From contig JBHGNT010000022.1 in NCBI GenBank assembly GCA_043228905.1, positions 3,658,001-3,722,000 on the forward strand: a stretch of 64,000 nucleotides of DNA. Reading direction: 5' to 3'. Both the position numbers and the translations under genes were made by a program. Shown here piece by piece: positions 11,958 through 25,863 of the stretch; the stretch's first letter is position 1; each line of letters opens with the position of its first letter. The notes beneath the pieces were generated by a model. The model made no database searches. It was not told where the DNA came from and saw only the letters and a program-made list of their open reading frames with translations. This DNA comes from Azolla caroliniana. Taxonomy: Eukaryota > Plantae > Polypodiophyta.

Positions 11958-14390
11958 TGAGGCTTCTTAAGACAAAAAGAACTTTTCTTTCCTATCAAAT
12001 GACAATAACAAATACACAAATTAACATGGAAAAAAAAACATGAGAGGGATAGTTGCCAATGCATGTGTATATGTTCATATATGCATTAAAATACACACAC
12101 ACAAACATAACCATGCATATGAAAATACATATGCACACATGCAGACATAGAAACATGGTTAAAATTTGATATGGTACTAAACCAAGAACCCTCAGAATGA
12201 GGTTTGGATCCTGATGGCAACAAATTCTGCCTTTCTTGTTGTTACGGGCATGACCATTTAATATCCTATGGTGAGAATTTACCGTAGTATTCTATACACG
12301 TGGATAAGTGTGAGGGTTAAACGAGAGTGTAAAGAAGGGGAGGATTACTTTTAATCCTCGGGATTGAGACAACCCATTAGGTCAAGTGTGAACTTACCTG
12401 GGGGCCTTGGGTATCGCTATAAATAAGAGGCCTAGCTACCCTCTTTTGATCATCTTTTGACTACATCAAGACTCTACTCTTGTGGTGGGTCAACTCTTGT
12501 AGCGAGCGCAGCGCGCCAGCACCAGGTACGACTCGACGCCACGGCAGTGGTATGGGACGTCGATCGAGGCTCGAGTCCGTCTCGATCCCTTCGCTCGGGG
12601 GTGGTCGGGTGGATCGGCACCCTTCTTTCTCTTTCTCCTTTCTATCTATCATTTCTTTATCCTTATCTTAAGCTTACTTTAGTACTTAGATCTCTAATAT
12701 TTGGTATCAGATTTATGTACTAATGTTTCTTTGTTTTTCATTTGTCATTTGATTGATGTTGATCGATCGATGTGCGGTCGGCCTTGATCCAGACAACGAT
12801 CAACAAAGAACTTCGGTAACTCTTTCCATACTTTTTTTTTCTATTCTCTCTTCTCCCATCTAATCATGTGTTTAGTTTATATGTCTTTTTTTTTCATTAA
12901 GTCAATGATGTTGTAGTGGTCTTTAATTGATTATCTAAAACGTTTACATATGTGCACGAGGTCAATACCTCATTTGACATATTAATAATATGTGATGAGT
13001 GTCGTATGCATACGAGGTGAATACCTCAATTACGTATTACGTTCACGAACATATGTTACGTTTGCGTATGAGTTTAATACCTTGATTTGTTGTAAACGAT
13101 ATGCGGTTGGTCTCGTATGCGTAAGAGGTCAATACCTCAATTGCGTATTACGATGATCTCCTATTTGTGGATGTTTCGTGTGCGTAGAGGTATATACCTC
13201 GATTACGTATCTCGATCACATCATTTGTGGCTATTTAATATAACGATATGTTTAATATAGGCATATGTGGTCACATATATACGTATTTGATCGTATATAT
13301 GTGATAAGTAAGCATATGTGTATATTCGTTATTACGTGATTATATCGAAAGTTGTCCTTGTCGGGAAAAGGATGTTGTTGGCCGTCCTCACATTTTTGTG
13401 AGAATGGCTTTGTCACCATCCCTTTTTCAACAATTTTTTATTGTTGACAACCCCGTTGATGACCTCGATTTCGTTACGTAAAGAAACGCCAATAGCCATA
13501 ATGATGTTGAGTACATAGGGCTTGACCCACTTCAAGTGAGGTCGCTCCAATGATGCACGTATCCAACATCCCTCCCTCGTTACATGGATACGATGCCACC
13601 ATGAGCTCATTCTTACGAGAGGCATTCGTAATGACGTGACCATGTGATGGGCCACATGGGCCTACTACGAAACGAAGGCTCATTTGGCTTGACCATTACG
13701 TTGCAATTTGGCGTATGCCATCGTAATTACGAGACTTGAGGTTAGGTAACGTACCAACATAGTTTTGGTAAATGAGGGCGAAAGAAGGACCCTTGAAATA
13801 TATGTTCTTTTAAAAAAAAACATATATGATCAATTGCCTCGCATATCTCTTATATGCATCAAACATGAAGCATTCGAGAAGACCAACTTACTTGGTTGGC
13901 TCAAGTGTTTAATGTATTTCTTCTCGAGGTCTCGAGTTCAAATATGACCAAGACCATACAACATCCTTGATACATATGACTATAACACATGTTTAGACTT
14001 AAGGTCTAAGTGCACCTCGGGGTCCTCGTAATAGGACATAAAGAGCCGAAACCACATATGTGGGCACCGAAACATAGTTTATTGTTAACATTTTTTTTGT
14101 GTATAAACTATTCATGACGCGAACATACATGGTTGAGCCTCAGGGAGCCACCATGAAAAAATCGATATAGAGATCAGGGAAAGACATTTATTGGTCACCC
14201 CCATGGTTTTTAAAACACCTTTGTGTTACCATAGTAACCTGATCTTGAACCTCATCTCATACGTCTAGAGGGGTATTGACGTGAGATAATGATATCGATT
14301 AATGCTCGCCCATGATATGTTTACATCACGACATGATGTTATGACTATATCTCTGACCTTGTCCTATTTCTTTTCCAGAAATAATCTTTA

Positions 14391-15272
14391 ATGGATCAAA
14401 TTAACGACCCGATGTCATCCGCTCAAGCGGAAGGAACTCAAGGGAATCCTCTTGGACAAATGTCCACTGAGATGTATTTGGCACAAATAACCCAATACCT
14501 TAGTTTCACCGCTCAACAGATGACCGAACTACGGCAATCTCAGAGTGCTCTTGAGACACGTGTCATTAGTCTACAACATGAGACTAATAGACCTGATGAG
14601 CGACAAGGTGAACCATCATTTGTCGTTAAGCCATTTACTGGAGACAAAAAGGAAAGAACCGAAGAAGCAATCTGCACATGGCTGGGACGATGGGAGTCTC
14701 ATTTTGAGCTCTATCCCACGCCAGATAGTACGAAGATTGCATATGTTGGCCGAGAACTCGGGGGTAAGGCCGCCGCCTGGTGGCGTGGGCTCCGTACTAT
14801 GGGGAAATTGCCCGATACCTGGACAGATTTTGTCACGGTTTTTAAGGGCCAATTTCTGCAACCTCCCTCTTGAACCGAGGCAACACAAGCTTTAATGAAC
14901 CTCTCTAGTAGGAAATTTTCCTCTCTAGAAGACTATGTTCACCATGCTAGAACCCAAATCCAAAAATCGGGTCTAGAAGGGGACAATTGGTTGATAGCTT
15001 GTTTTGTCAATTGCATCCCCAATTCGGACAATCACTGGATAGTGCACGATAAGGATCCAAAATCCTTCGAAGAGGCCGTTGAAATAGTTCTTCGCTATCA
15101 ACGCACTTCGAAGAAGGACCACAACAAACCCAACGAAGCGCCCGGGACTAAGCAGTCGCAATTTGTTGGGAAACGCAAGACACCCAACAAATTCCTGGAT
15201 TGCGATTGTAAGCGACAACATCCTTTTTGTGTATTCTGCAAAAAGAAGGGTCATACAAAAGATAAATGTTGA
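14391..15272 (+). pseudogene. gag: Gypsy gag (interrupted) with CCHC zinc knuckle
   Basis: ORFs 14391-14873 and 14895-15272; LGGKAAAWW and CVFCKKKGHTKDKC motifs. Confidence 0.9.
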
Positions 15273-15383
15273 AAGCTCCAACGGAAAGAGCACGACAACA
15301 AAGCTAAAGCTGCAGACCATAAAGGTCAGATTCCTAATGTCCTTCAGGTCTATACACATCATTTAAGTAATTGTCAATGTTCT

Positions 15384-18300
15384 TTGCCTCACTATGTATT
15401 GGGTCCCAATGATTTACTACGTGCAAACGGGTATATCAATGGATCTCCCGTACAATTTTTATTTGATTCGGGAAGCTCACACAATTTTGTGAATGATCGT
15501 TTGGTTCAGATATGGGGAATCCAACCCACCGTAAGTGATCACACCTACACGGTGCACTTGGCTAATGGAAGAGTACAATATATCAACGAGGCGATTCATT
15601 CATTAGGAATTTCTATTGATACTTATATAGAGTAAGTAGACTTCCATGTAATGAATCTTTGTACCACTGATGTAATACTGGGTTATCCCTGGTTTTATAA
15701 TTAAAACTCTTCTTTATTTATTGATTGGGTTCTTCATTCCATTTCTTTTGTACTGAACGATTGTATGCATTTTATTCAATGTGTAAAAAAACAATCCCTC
15801 TCGATTGTTTCCTCGTGTCCATCAATATCCGAGTTGTCTTGTTCTACGTTATTTTATTGTGTACTTGATCCGGACATTCACGTTTACAATATCGATAATG
15901 TCCCGGTTCAATTAACATATTTTGAACAACAACAACTTGATGAAATCTTAAATGACTTTCATGATGTTTTTCCAAGTGAACTACTTGATGGGTTACCTCC
16001 TAAACGTAATATAGACCATCGTATAGATATTGTACCTGGTGTTGCACCAATAAGTATACCTCCATATCGCTTAAGTCGATCCGAAGAAGATGAGGTATCT
16101 AAGCAACTCAAGGACTATTTACGAATGGGTTATATACGTTATAGTAAATCTCCATGTTGTGCACCAGTTCTCTTGGTTAAAAAGAAAGAGGGCACATGAC
16201 GTATGTGTATTAATTACCGACGCTTGAATAAAGTGACGATCAAGAATTCGTACCCATTGCCCCGGGCTGACGATCTAATTGACCGTCTCCAAGGAGCTCG
16301 ATATTTTACGAAACTTGATCTCCGTACTCGCTACCATCAAATACGAATAAGTGAGGACGATGTTCCTAAAACGGCATTTCGTACGCGCTATGGCCATTAC
16401 GAGTTTTTGGTTATGCCTTTTGGTTTGACCAATGCTCCGGCTACTTTTCAACAAGAAATGAATGACATTTTCCGAGAACAACTTGGAAAATTTGTCGTTA
16501 TTTTCTTGGATGATATTTTAGTTTATAGCCGTACATTACAAGAACATGCTAGACATGTCCGCTTTGTTTTACAAACATTGCGTGACAAATAGTTTTATGC
16601 AAAGATCTCAAAATGTGAGTTCTTCAAGAAATCAATTACTTATCTAGGACATCTCATAACCGAACGAGGAGTTGAAATTGATCCTTCTCGCATTGAGAAA
16701 ATCAAGCTTTGGCCCACTCTTCGGAATATTCGAGAAGTTCGATCATTCCTTGGTTTTGTCGGGTTTTTGCGAAAGTCTCTTCGTAATTACTCCGAATTGA
16801 CGACACCGTTTACTGATCTTTTAAAAGGTCAAACGCGTAATTCTACAAAACCTATTGTGTGGAATGCTACACTAGACCTCGCCTTTAAGGAACTCAAGGA
16901 CCGGGTTTGCAAGGCTCCTTCACTTCTTTTACCTGATCCTTCAAAACCTTTTGAGGTTGAAACCGATGCAAGCGATTATGCTATAGGTGTTGTCTTGTAT
17001 CAAGATGGTAAACCAATAGCATTCGAGAGTAAGAAACTTGATTCTGCTCAATGTCGGTATACCATTCAAGAATAGGAATTATTTGCAGTTATACATGCGG
17101 ACCACGAGTCCTTGAAATATTTTTGTGACCAACAAGACCTGAAAGGTCGTAAGGCACGATGGGTTGATCTCATCCAGGACTTTGATTTTTCCATACGATA
17201 TCGTAAAGGTTCCATGAACATTGTCGCTGATGCACTAAGTCGCATCCGTGAAGTTAACAAGCTTAGCTTCACTGAAATAACATCAGATCTTTATGATCAC
17301 CTTCGAGGAAAGTATCCTGATGACAGTTATTTTGCAAAATACTGGGCAAGAGTTGAGTCTGGAACAGACACCACCACATCCTCGAAGGAATACTTCCATA
17401 TTGCTAACGGTTTGCTCTACCGTAATGGGAAGGTTTGTGTTCCAGATTTACCCGAGGTCAAAAAGAGGATTCTTTTTTAATGCCATGATGCACCCTCAAC
17501 AGGGCACCCTGGAATACATCGTACACTCGTTCTCATCTCCACTCAATTTTATTGGCCTAAGATGCGTCTTGACATACATAGCTATGTGGCTAAATGTCAC
17601 CAGTGTCAGGTTAACAAAGTCAAGCAACTTAAAGCCGCAGGACTTTTACATCCCTTGGACATTCCCAATAATAAGTGGGAAAGTATATCCATGGATTTTA
17701 TTGTTAGCCTTCCTCGCACCCAAAAAGGTCATGATGCCATTTGTGTTGTCGTTGATCGACTAACTAAAATGGCCAGATTTATTGCTACTAAAACCACGGT
17801 AACAGCTCCTGAATTGGCTTACCAATTCGTTGACGAATTGTTTCATTTTTATGAGTTACCGATGGATATCGTGAGTGATCGAGATCCAAAGTTTACTAGT
17901 GACTTCTAGACGCAAGTCTTTAAGAAGTTAGAAACTACGTTGAACATGAGCTCCACGGATCATCCTCAATCCGATGGACAGACAGAACGAGTAAATCAAA
18001 TTATTGAGGACATGCTTCGAGCATACGTTGGTGCAAAACCAACAAAATGGGAACGTTATCTCCCAATTTTGGAGTTTGCTTATAACAGCTCCAAGCATAC
18101 GTCGACGGGATATAGTCCTTTTATGTTGATGTATGGTTTTCAGCCCCGAGCCCCGATTGATGTTAATATACATCATGATGAGTTGCGAAGTACTCAAAAC
18201 TTTCTTCGGGATATGCAAGATATGTTGCATATTGCACGAGATAATATAAAAACAGCTCAAGATAGAGCGCGTTTTTATGCCGATCATCATAGGCAACCTC

Positions 18301-18773
18301 GTGTATTCAACCCTGGACAAAAGGTATTTTTACGTGTACCTCACAATTCTAAGACATTGTCTACGGGTAAGTGCGCTATGTTAGCCCCACGGTTTTGTGG
18401 ACCTTTTACAGTCCTCAAATGCATTGGGTCATCAGCCTATCGTCTCGCTCTTCCTGATGGTGTCGGAATTCATCCAGTCTTTCATGTGAGTCGTCTAAAA
18501 GAACTTCTTGGTTTTGGTGACAATACAGTTACAACCGAAACTCTGGTTACTTCTGAAGAATTATCTTCTAAACCACAAGTACCAGAAAGAATTCTCGATG
18601 TTAAAACAAAAAAATTACATACTAAAGAAATCCGAGAATTTAAAATAAAATGGATAGATAAATCAATAAAAGATGCCACATGGGAACGCGAAAATACTCT
18701 CAGAACTAATTTCCCTAACTTTCCATTGCAAGAGTGCAATGTTTTAAAGAGGGGGAGTATGTTACGGGCATGA
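15384..18773 (+). pseudogene. pol: Gypsy pol (protease, RT, RNase H, integrase, chromodomain) with many stop codons
   Basis: LFDSGSSHNF (protease); FLDDIL (RT); VETDASDYAIG (RNase H); IVSDRDPKF and GPF (integrase); VPERILD...KIKW...DATWE (chromodomain). Confidence 0.95.
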
Positions 18774-19363
18774 CCATTTAATATCCCGTGGTGAGAATTG
18801 ACCGTAGTATTCTATACACGTGGATAAGTGTGAGGGTTAAACGAGAGTGTAAAGAAGGGGAGGATTACTTTTAATCCTCGGGATTGAGACAACCCATTAG
18901 GTCAAGTGTGAACTTGCCTGGGGGCCTTGGGTATCGCTATAAATAAGAGGCCTAGCTACCCTCATTTAATCATCTTTTGACTACATCAAGACTCTGCTCT
19001 TGTGGTGGGTCAACTCTTGTAGCGAGCACGCCAGCACCAGGTACGACTTGACGCCACGGCGGTGGTATGGGACGCCGATCGAGGCTCGAGTCCGTCTCGA
19101 TCCCTTCGCTCGGGGGTGGTCGGGTGGATCGACACCCTTCTTTCTCTTTCTCCTTTCTATCTATCATTTCTTTATCCTTATCTTAAGCATACTTGAGTAC
19201 TTAGATCTCTAATACTTGTAGCTCATCTTGCACATCCTTACTTGCTAGGGAAGGGCCACTTCGAAGAGGTCAATCACGGTCATGGCTCTCTCTCTCTCTC
19301 TCTGTGTACTCTTTTTCTCTCCCCTTTTCCCCCCACGTCCAACCCCCAACCCCATTTCTTTCC

Positions 19364-20330
19364 TTTTTTTTTGATTGATAAGAAATCCTTGCTCTTGAAA
19401 CACACTAAATTATGTAGAAGAGCTAATCATATTGTCAATACATGGAAAAGGAAATTATAGATTGTCATTACCAAAAAATTGGCATGGGCAGAACAAAGGA
19501 AGTGACTCATTTCAAAATAGCCAACACACACCAACAATGCAATGTATTTGTAAGCCCCGGTTTCCTAAAGCATACAATATAATTTCCGCTCATGCCACAA
19601 CAGATCCAATTGTCTTGCCTTTTTTCCTTTGAATCTTCTTCTGCTAGAACTCAAGCTCCTTGCCATCAAGACTATAACCATCAGCTCTACCACATCGACC
19701 TGGTCGAGAAGATATGCAAGCAAGCAAACGACCACTGGAAATTTGATCTTCAAGGTGCTGGTCCAATTTCCTCTCCTTGAGTCGGTCAACATTTCTACGG
19801 ACAAAATGATTGCTTTTCTTTTCCTCTTCATCACTTGTAACAAGTGTCTCTCCTTCCTCAGATTCGGTCTTAGTAGCAATAGCTTTCTTTTTCTTCCCCA
19901 AATCTATGCCATAATGATTGTTCTACCACGTGTGGAAGGGTGTGGCATCAACTTGAACAATTGCAGATTTCACCAAAGTCTCTGTTCTGACAAGCTCATT
20001 GTTAGAAGCATTGTAGACAACATCTAAAATCTGTGTATGAAATACAACCTTAGATCCCCATGAATACTTTCCAGTATCGAGTCTTAGAGCTCAAAATTTC
20101 AGATTTCCACCATGCACTCGGATGTTCCTGATTGTTTTGTTGCTCGATAGCTTTGTCATTGCAGCTTATCCTCTTCTTGCACCATGTCTTCTTCTTGCCT
20201 CCTATGCCGCGCCTCTTGTGCGTTGAGTCCCGAGAGATACCCATCGCTTTGCTGCAGGAGGTCAAAGAGGCTTCTCTCCATTGACGCAGGAAAGCAAAAC
20301 TTCTCTCTCTCTCTCCTCTGTCTCTCTCTC
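19364..20330 (-). pseudogene. RPS8: Processed pseudogene of 40S ribosomal protein S8 (CDS 20244 to 19590)
   Basis: MGISRDSTHKRR.IGGKKK...ALRLDTG.YSWGS...[28 protein letters not shown]...[28 protein letters not shown]. No introns; one frameshifting deletion and three premature stops; GA-rich 5' UTR; A9 tail at 19364-19372. Confidence 0.95.
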
Positions 20331-21820
20331 TCCGTCTTTCTTATATTCCCCCCACTTTTTTGCTAAAACACTAACACATACATATGTATCTAATCTAGTA
20401 ATCTCCCCCCCCCCCCCTTTCTTCCCCCATTTTTTCAAACAATTGGCGTTTTAAAAATAGCGTGTGTATGTATGTACATATGTTTTATACATGTGTGTGT
20501 GTTCATGCATGTGCATATTCTTTAGGTATGTGTGTATGTGCTCTCTGTACATGTGCATATTTATGTATTTCATTCCGTGTGTTGTATGTATTGTGTGTAT
20601 GGCATGTGTATATATAAGTATGTGATATGTGTGTATGGTCTACATATGTATGTACATGCATGTGTGTGTTATGTGTGTGTATGTGCATGCATATATATAT
20701 GTATGTGGTGTGTGTATGTACGTATGTACAAGATTGTATTGTATATATTGTGTGTATGGCATGTGAGTATGTATGGTATGTGTTATGTGCTTGTGTATGT
20801 TCTATGTATGTGTATATGTATTTTATACATATAGCATGTGTGTATGTATGTGTTATATGGGTGTGTATGTTCTATATATATGCATACGTATTGTATTGCA
20901 TACATATATATATGTATGTGTTGCATGCATGTATTGATGTGTATATGCATGCATGTACATATTGTATTGCATTGTATAATTTTGTATCCATTGCATTATT
21001 GTATATATGCATTGTATGTGTGGCATGTGTACATGTGTATGTATGTACATATTGACATATTGTATTGTGTTGTCTGTGTTGTATGCATGGCATGTGAGTA
21101 TGTATAATGTATCCTTGTGTTATGTGTGTGTATGTTCTATATATGTGCATATGTATGTATGGCACATGTCCACGCACGTATGTATGTATGTGCTATATGT
21201 GTTTGTATGTTCTATACATGTATGTGTGCATGACTTCTATATATTCTACATATGTATGTATGTATTATGTATTGTACATATATCATGTGTCTATGTATGT
21301 ATGTGTGTATTTTCTATTGATGTACATATGTATGTATTGCATTGCATGTGTTGTATGTATTATATATATGACATGTGTCTGTGCATGTATGTTCTTTACA
21401 TGTGCATATGTATGTATCCTACGTATGGCACATGTATATGTGTTATGTGTGTATATTCATGCATACAATACAATACATACATACAACACACACCACATAC
21501 ATATATGCACATATGCATGCATGTATGTACATATTGTATTGTATGTATGTACATGTATGGATGTAAGTTGGTAACATTTATACATGTATCATTGTAGGCA
21601 TGTCTACGTATATACGTGTAGCAATGTATGAATGAATATATGTTTTTCCATGTACAAATGCACATATGTGTATATATGTAATATTTATGTATTTATGTAT
21701 GTATATTTCTAGGGTATTTTCATGTTTAGTATGTTTATTGCTCATATATGGATGTCTGTTTGCAATATGTACATAATATGCATGCATATATCCAATTTAT
21801 GTGTAAGTATACATATATTT

Positions 21821-24637
21821 TTTTTTAAAAAAAAAAAAGATATCCTGTCATTAGTATAGTCATTTTACAAGATTCAAAGTTCTATGTAATTGGGGGGGGG
21901 AAACAACCATTTCGGAGGTTGATAATGCCAATAAGGAGTACCACAGTTGGCTGTCATGAATGGAGAAGGTTTCCATATAGTGATAAACTCATGTCGTTGA
22001 GCAATCTTAGCATCAGAGTCACCAATAATACCATCCCATTGTCCCTTCAAAGTATGCACTATGTCTAACCAAATATTTGAGACCAATTCGGCTGGTGGTG
22101 TTTTCAGTTGTTGGAAAATAAGAGAGCACCTAGTCTTCCAAATATGATATATAGTGGTACTACTCAATATCTCCCATACTGGTTGGACTTCCTTTCGTAT
22201 TCCTGTAAACTGTAGTGACAACAATGGTACTTTATGTACTCTTCCAAAATTAGTGCAAAATCCATGGTCCATTGATTCGTTATCATAATGAAATACATCA
22301 CGGACAAGAGATGGCCAAACCACCATACCCCAAGTGAAAACCAACGGGGAGAAATAATTAGCAAAAATTCTAAGGAGATGTTGCCATATCAATTGAGACT
22401 CAATACATTCCCATAAGCAATGTTTTTGAGTTTCCATTTGTAAACGACATCGTGCGCAAGTAGACTCTACTCCCATCCTATGCAGCCATGTGCCAACTGG
22501 CAAGGCTCGATGTACAAGCAACCACTGTACATGCAATATTTGGTGTGGCTGTTTTCTAGCCCATAACACTACCCAAAAATTTGCCAGGAATTGGGGAGTA
22601 ATACCTTGTTGATTCCAAAATTGAAAAGCAGCCGGTGTCACATCTCGTATATCTGAAAGCACATGTCTTCCTAACTGTACAGAATATTGGAAAAAATTAA
22701 ATTTGTTACCCGTAAAAGGGTCTGTCCACTGATAATCCATTGGATCCCATTCTAATCTGAAAACCGGTATTTTAGCCAACACCCACAACTTCCAATGTGC
22801 CTTTATTTCCCCAATCATTGGGTCAATGTACCATTTCCGGTCAGCATATCCGATGATTCTTATCTTGTGTTCCATAGCATAAGGGTAATCTATCCTCATT
22901 TCCCCGGATTGTGTCAATTGGTTTGCTTCATCCACCTCAAAGGATCGGTAGGTCTTATCATCTGAATATCCTTTAACAGCCAAGAGTACTTCCAATCTTG
23001 AAAAGACCCCAACCCATCTGTGATTAGAGTTATTGGGTGGAATAGGAAATCTACTCATAGCCTCTTGAATTTGTTGGTACATTATTTGTCCCCCATGCAT
23101 ACTACCTAGGATTTCTTTTTGTTCTTCCCATGACCTTGATAAAAAACGTTGCCATGTCTGAACAGTTTTTGCAGGACCTTCTGCCATTTTTCCCCATGAT
23201 AACCATTGTCTAGAACCCAACAACGAACCATCTGATGTTGTAAACAACGGATTCCAAACTATCCTTTGTCTAATATACTCAATATAATGATTGGGCTTAG
23301 GTTTATTGCGAAGCAAACCAGGTAATACTTGTTTCCATGCCGAAAATACTGTTCTAATAAACCTGTCTTCCCACTTGTTAGCTGCAGGTACTCTGAAATT
23401 TTCCCTAAATATCCAGTTTACATCCTTAGACCAAGGGGCACCTAATCGAGGAAAGCAGTCTGAACAGCGGTCGAGTAATAGTATTTTCCATATCTCTTTC
23501 CCCGGCGTAAATCCTCTAATGAGCAACTTACTTAATAGTGCTCTTGATTGGTCTACTGGATCAATAATACCTAGTCCTCCTTTAGAGCGAGGTAAGGTAA
23601 TAACATCCCATTTTACTTTAGACCGAGCATTGCCTTCCGATTTGCCAGACCATAGAAAATTACGAATCAATCTGCGTATTTTCAGAATACATGACTTGGA
23701 GAATATCCAACATGACAAAACATACCAGGTTGACGCCAATAACACCTGATTGGCAACTATAACCCTACCAGCAAAAGACAACTTAGCTGAACTCCATAAT
23801 AACAGTTTTTGCCTCAAAGACAATAAGAGGGGAGCCACTTGATTTTCCATCGAAAGATCAACACCTATAGTACATCCTAGGTACTGAACTAGGCAACCTG
23901 ATGGTATCCATCGAAATTGCGGGTGCGGGTTCCATAACGGAGGATTTACATCTCCCACCCAAAATGCAAAGGACTTGTTCCAATTAACCAATGCACCTGA
24001 AGCCTTACAGAATGTGGATATGGCCACTTCTGTTTTTTCCAAATTTTCCAAATCACCTTTTAAGTATAGGGCAGTGTCATCTGCAAATTCAGCATCCCTT
24101 ACTTCTATATGTGAGAGGGGAGTGCATAGTCCACGTATACCAATATCAGCAGCATTCAAAAAAGAAATCATTGCCTCAGCAGAAAACAGGAATAGAAAGG
24201 GAGCCAGTGGACAACCCTGACGAACTGATCGAGAAATATAAAACAAAGGGCCATAATCTCCAGCCAACAAGACTCGGCTTTGTGCAGCATTATATAATGA
24301 GGAAATACCTTTTATCCATTCTTTTGAAAATCCAAAGCGAATCAATACCCCTTGTAAAAATTCCCAGTCAACACGATCATATGCTTTCTCAAAATCAAGC
24401 ATAAGAACAACCAACTTTTGATTAGATTTAGTTGCCAAGGCCACAGATTCCCAAAATGTGTACACACTATCCAAAATACTTCTTTCTCGAAGGAATCCTG
24501 TTTGAGTCGGATGTATAACTGTAGGCATTATGGTGCTGAGTCGTATACTAATTGCTTTAGCCAAAATTTTATACATTGTATTTAGTAGTGTAATCGGCCG
24601 CCATTTCTTGATGTCGAGTGAAGGAATATTGATGTCG
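21821..24637 (-). mobile_element. 5'-truncated L1/Tx1-type LINE
   Basis: 15-bp TSD AGTATACATATATTT (21806-21820 / 24638-24652); A-tail at the left end; uninterrupted RT ORF. Confidence 0.95.
21874..24620 (-). CDS. LINE ORF2 (RT plus C-terminal zf-RVT-like CCHC region), endonuclease missing, ~915 uninterrupted codons
   Basis: WRPITLLN, LDFEKAYDRV, VRQGCPLAP, FADD, CARC...ETQKHCLWEC. The first ~54 aa of the 969-aa track ORF are microsatellite read-in. Confidence 0.9.
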
Positions 24638-25330
24638 AGTATACATATATTTAATGTGTGTGTGTGTGTGTGTATGTCTATATGAAAGTATTGTAATTTG
24701 TATGAGCTTGTATGACCTATACATACGGTGATATGTGGAATATCTATGTATGTGTATGCATATATGCATGTGTCAAAGTACATGATTTAATGTGTCTGGA
24801 TGTGTGTTTATAATATGTGCATAATATGTATGTTTGTATATATCTAATGTATGTATGTGTATGTATATATGTACTGTAATAGTGTATGACCATGTGTGTG
24901 TCTATGTTTGTGTATGTGGTGATATACATTTACATATGTAATGTATGTATGTATGTATGTGTATGGATATATGTTTGTACAATTTGTATATGTAACATTG
25001 TAGGCATATGTACGTATATATGCATAGCAATCTATGAATGAATATATATATGCACATGTATGAACGTACGTATGTGTATATATGTAATGTATTTATGTAT
25101 GTATATTTTTGTGATATTTTCATGCTTAGTATGTGTATGGATCGTATATGGATGTATGTTTGTAACATGTAAGTAATATGCACTCATATATCCGATGTGT
25201 GTGTGTATGTATATGTATATGTAAGTATTGTAATTTGTATATATGGTGATATGCCGAATATGTATGTACATACATATATACATATATGTGTGTGTGTTTG
25301 TGTGTGTATGTAGGTATATGTTTTGTATAT

Positions 25331-25863
25331 ATTTATTTATTTATTTATTTTAAGAAGATATCCTGTCATTAGTGTAACCATTTTTACAATATTTAAATTC
25401 TATGTGATTGGGGGGGAGAAACAACCATTTTAGAGGTTGAAAATGCCAATAAGGAGTACCATAGTTGGCTATCATGAATGGAGTAGCTTTCCATATAGTG
25501 ATAAAGTCATGCCGTTGAGAAATTTTAGCATCAAAATCTCCAACAATACCATCCCATTGTCCCTTCAAAGTATGAACTATGTCTAACCAAATATTTGAAA
25601 CCAATTCAGCCGGTGGTGTTTTAAGCTGATGGAAAATAAGAGAGCACCTAACCTTCCAAATGTGATATATAGTGGTACTAAATATCTCCCATACGGGTTG
25701 AACTTCCTTTCGTGTTCCTATAAACTGTAATGACAACAATGGTATTGTATGAACACTTCTAGATTTAGTGTAAAATCCATGGTCCATAGATTCAGTGTCA
25801 TAATGAAATGCATCACGGACAAGAGATGTCCAAACCACCATGCCCTAAGTGAAAACCAATGGG
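25331..25863 (-). mobile_element. Second, short 3'-end copy of the same LINE family
   Basis: Homologous to about 21840-22350; (AAAT)n tail; 19-bp TSD AGGTATATGTTTTGTATAT (25312-25330 / 25864-25882). Confidence 0.93.

Larger units (their letters stand above)
12240..19214 (+). mobile_element. Full-length Ty3/Gypsy chromovirus LTR retrotransposon, decayed
   Basis: LTRs 12240-12699 and 18760-19214 (TG...TA, about 3% divergent by hand count); TSD CTTGT (12235-12239 / 19215-19219); PBS TGGTATCAGA (tRNA-iMet) 12702-12711; PPT AAAGAGGGGGAG before 18760; domain order gag-PR-RT-RH-IN-chromodomain. Confidence 0.97.

Noticed and set aside
19220-19283. MTVID start resembling SYP7-type syntaxins
   Set aside because: The similarity covers only five residues and does not continue.
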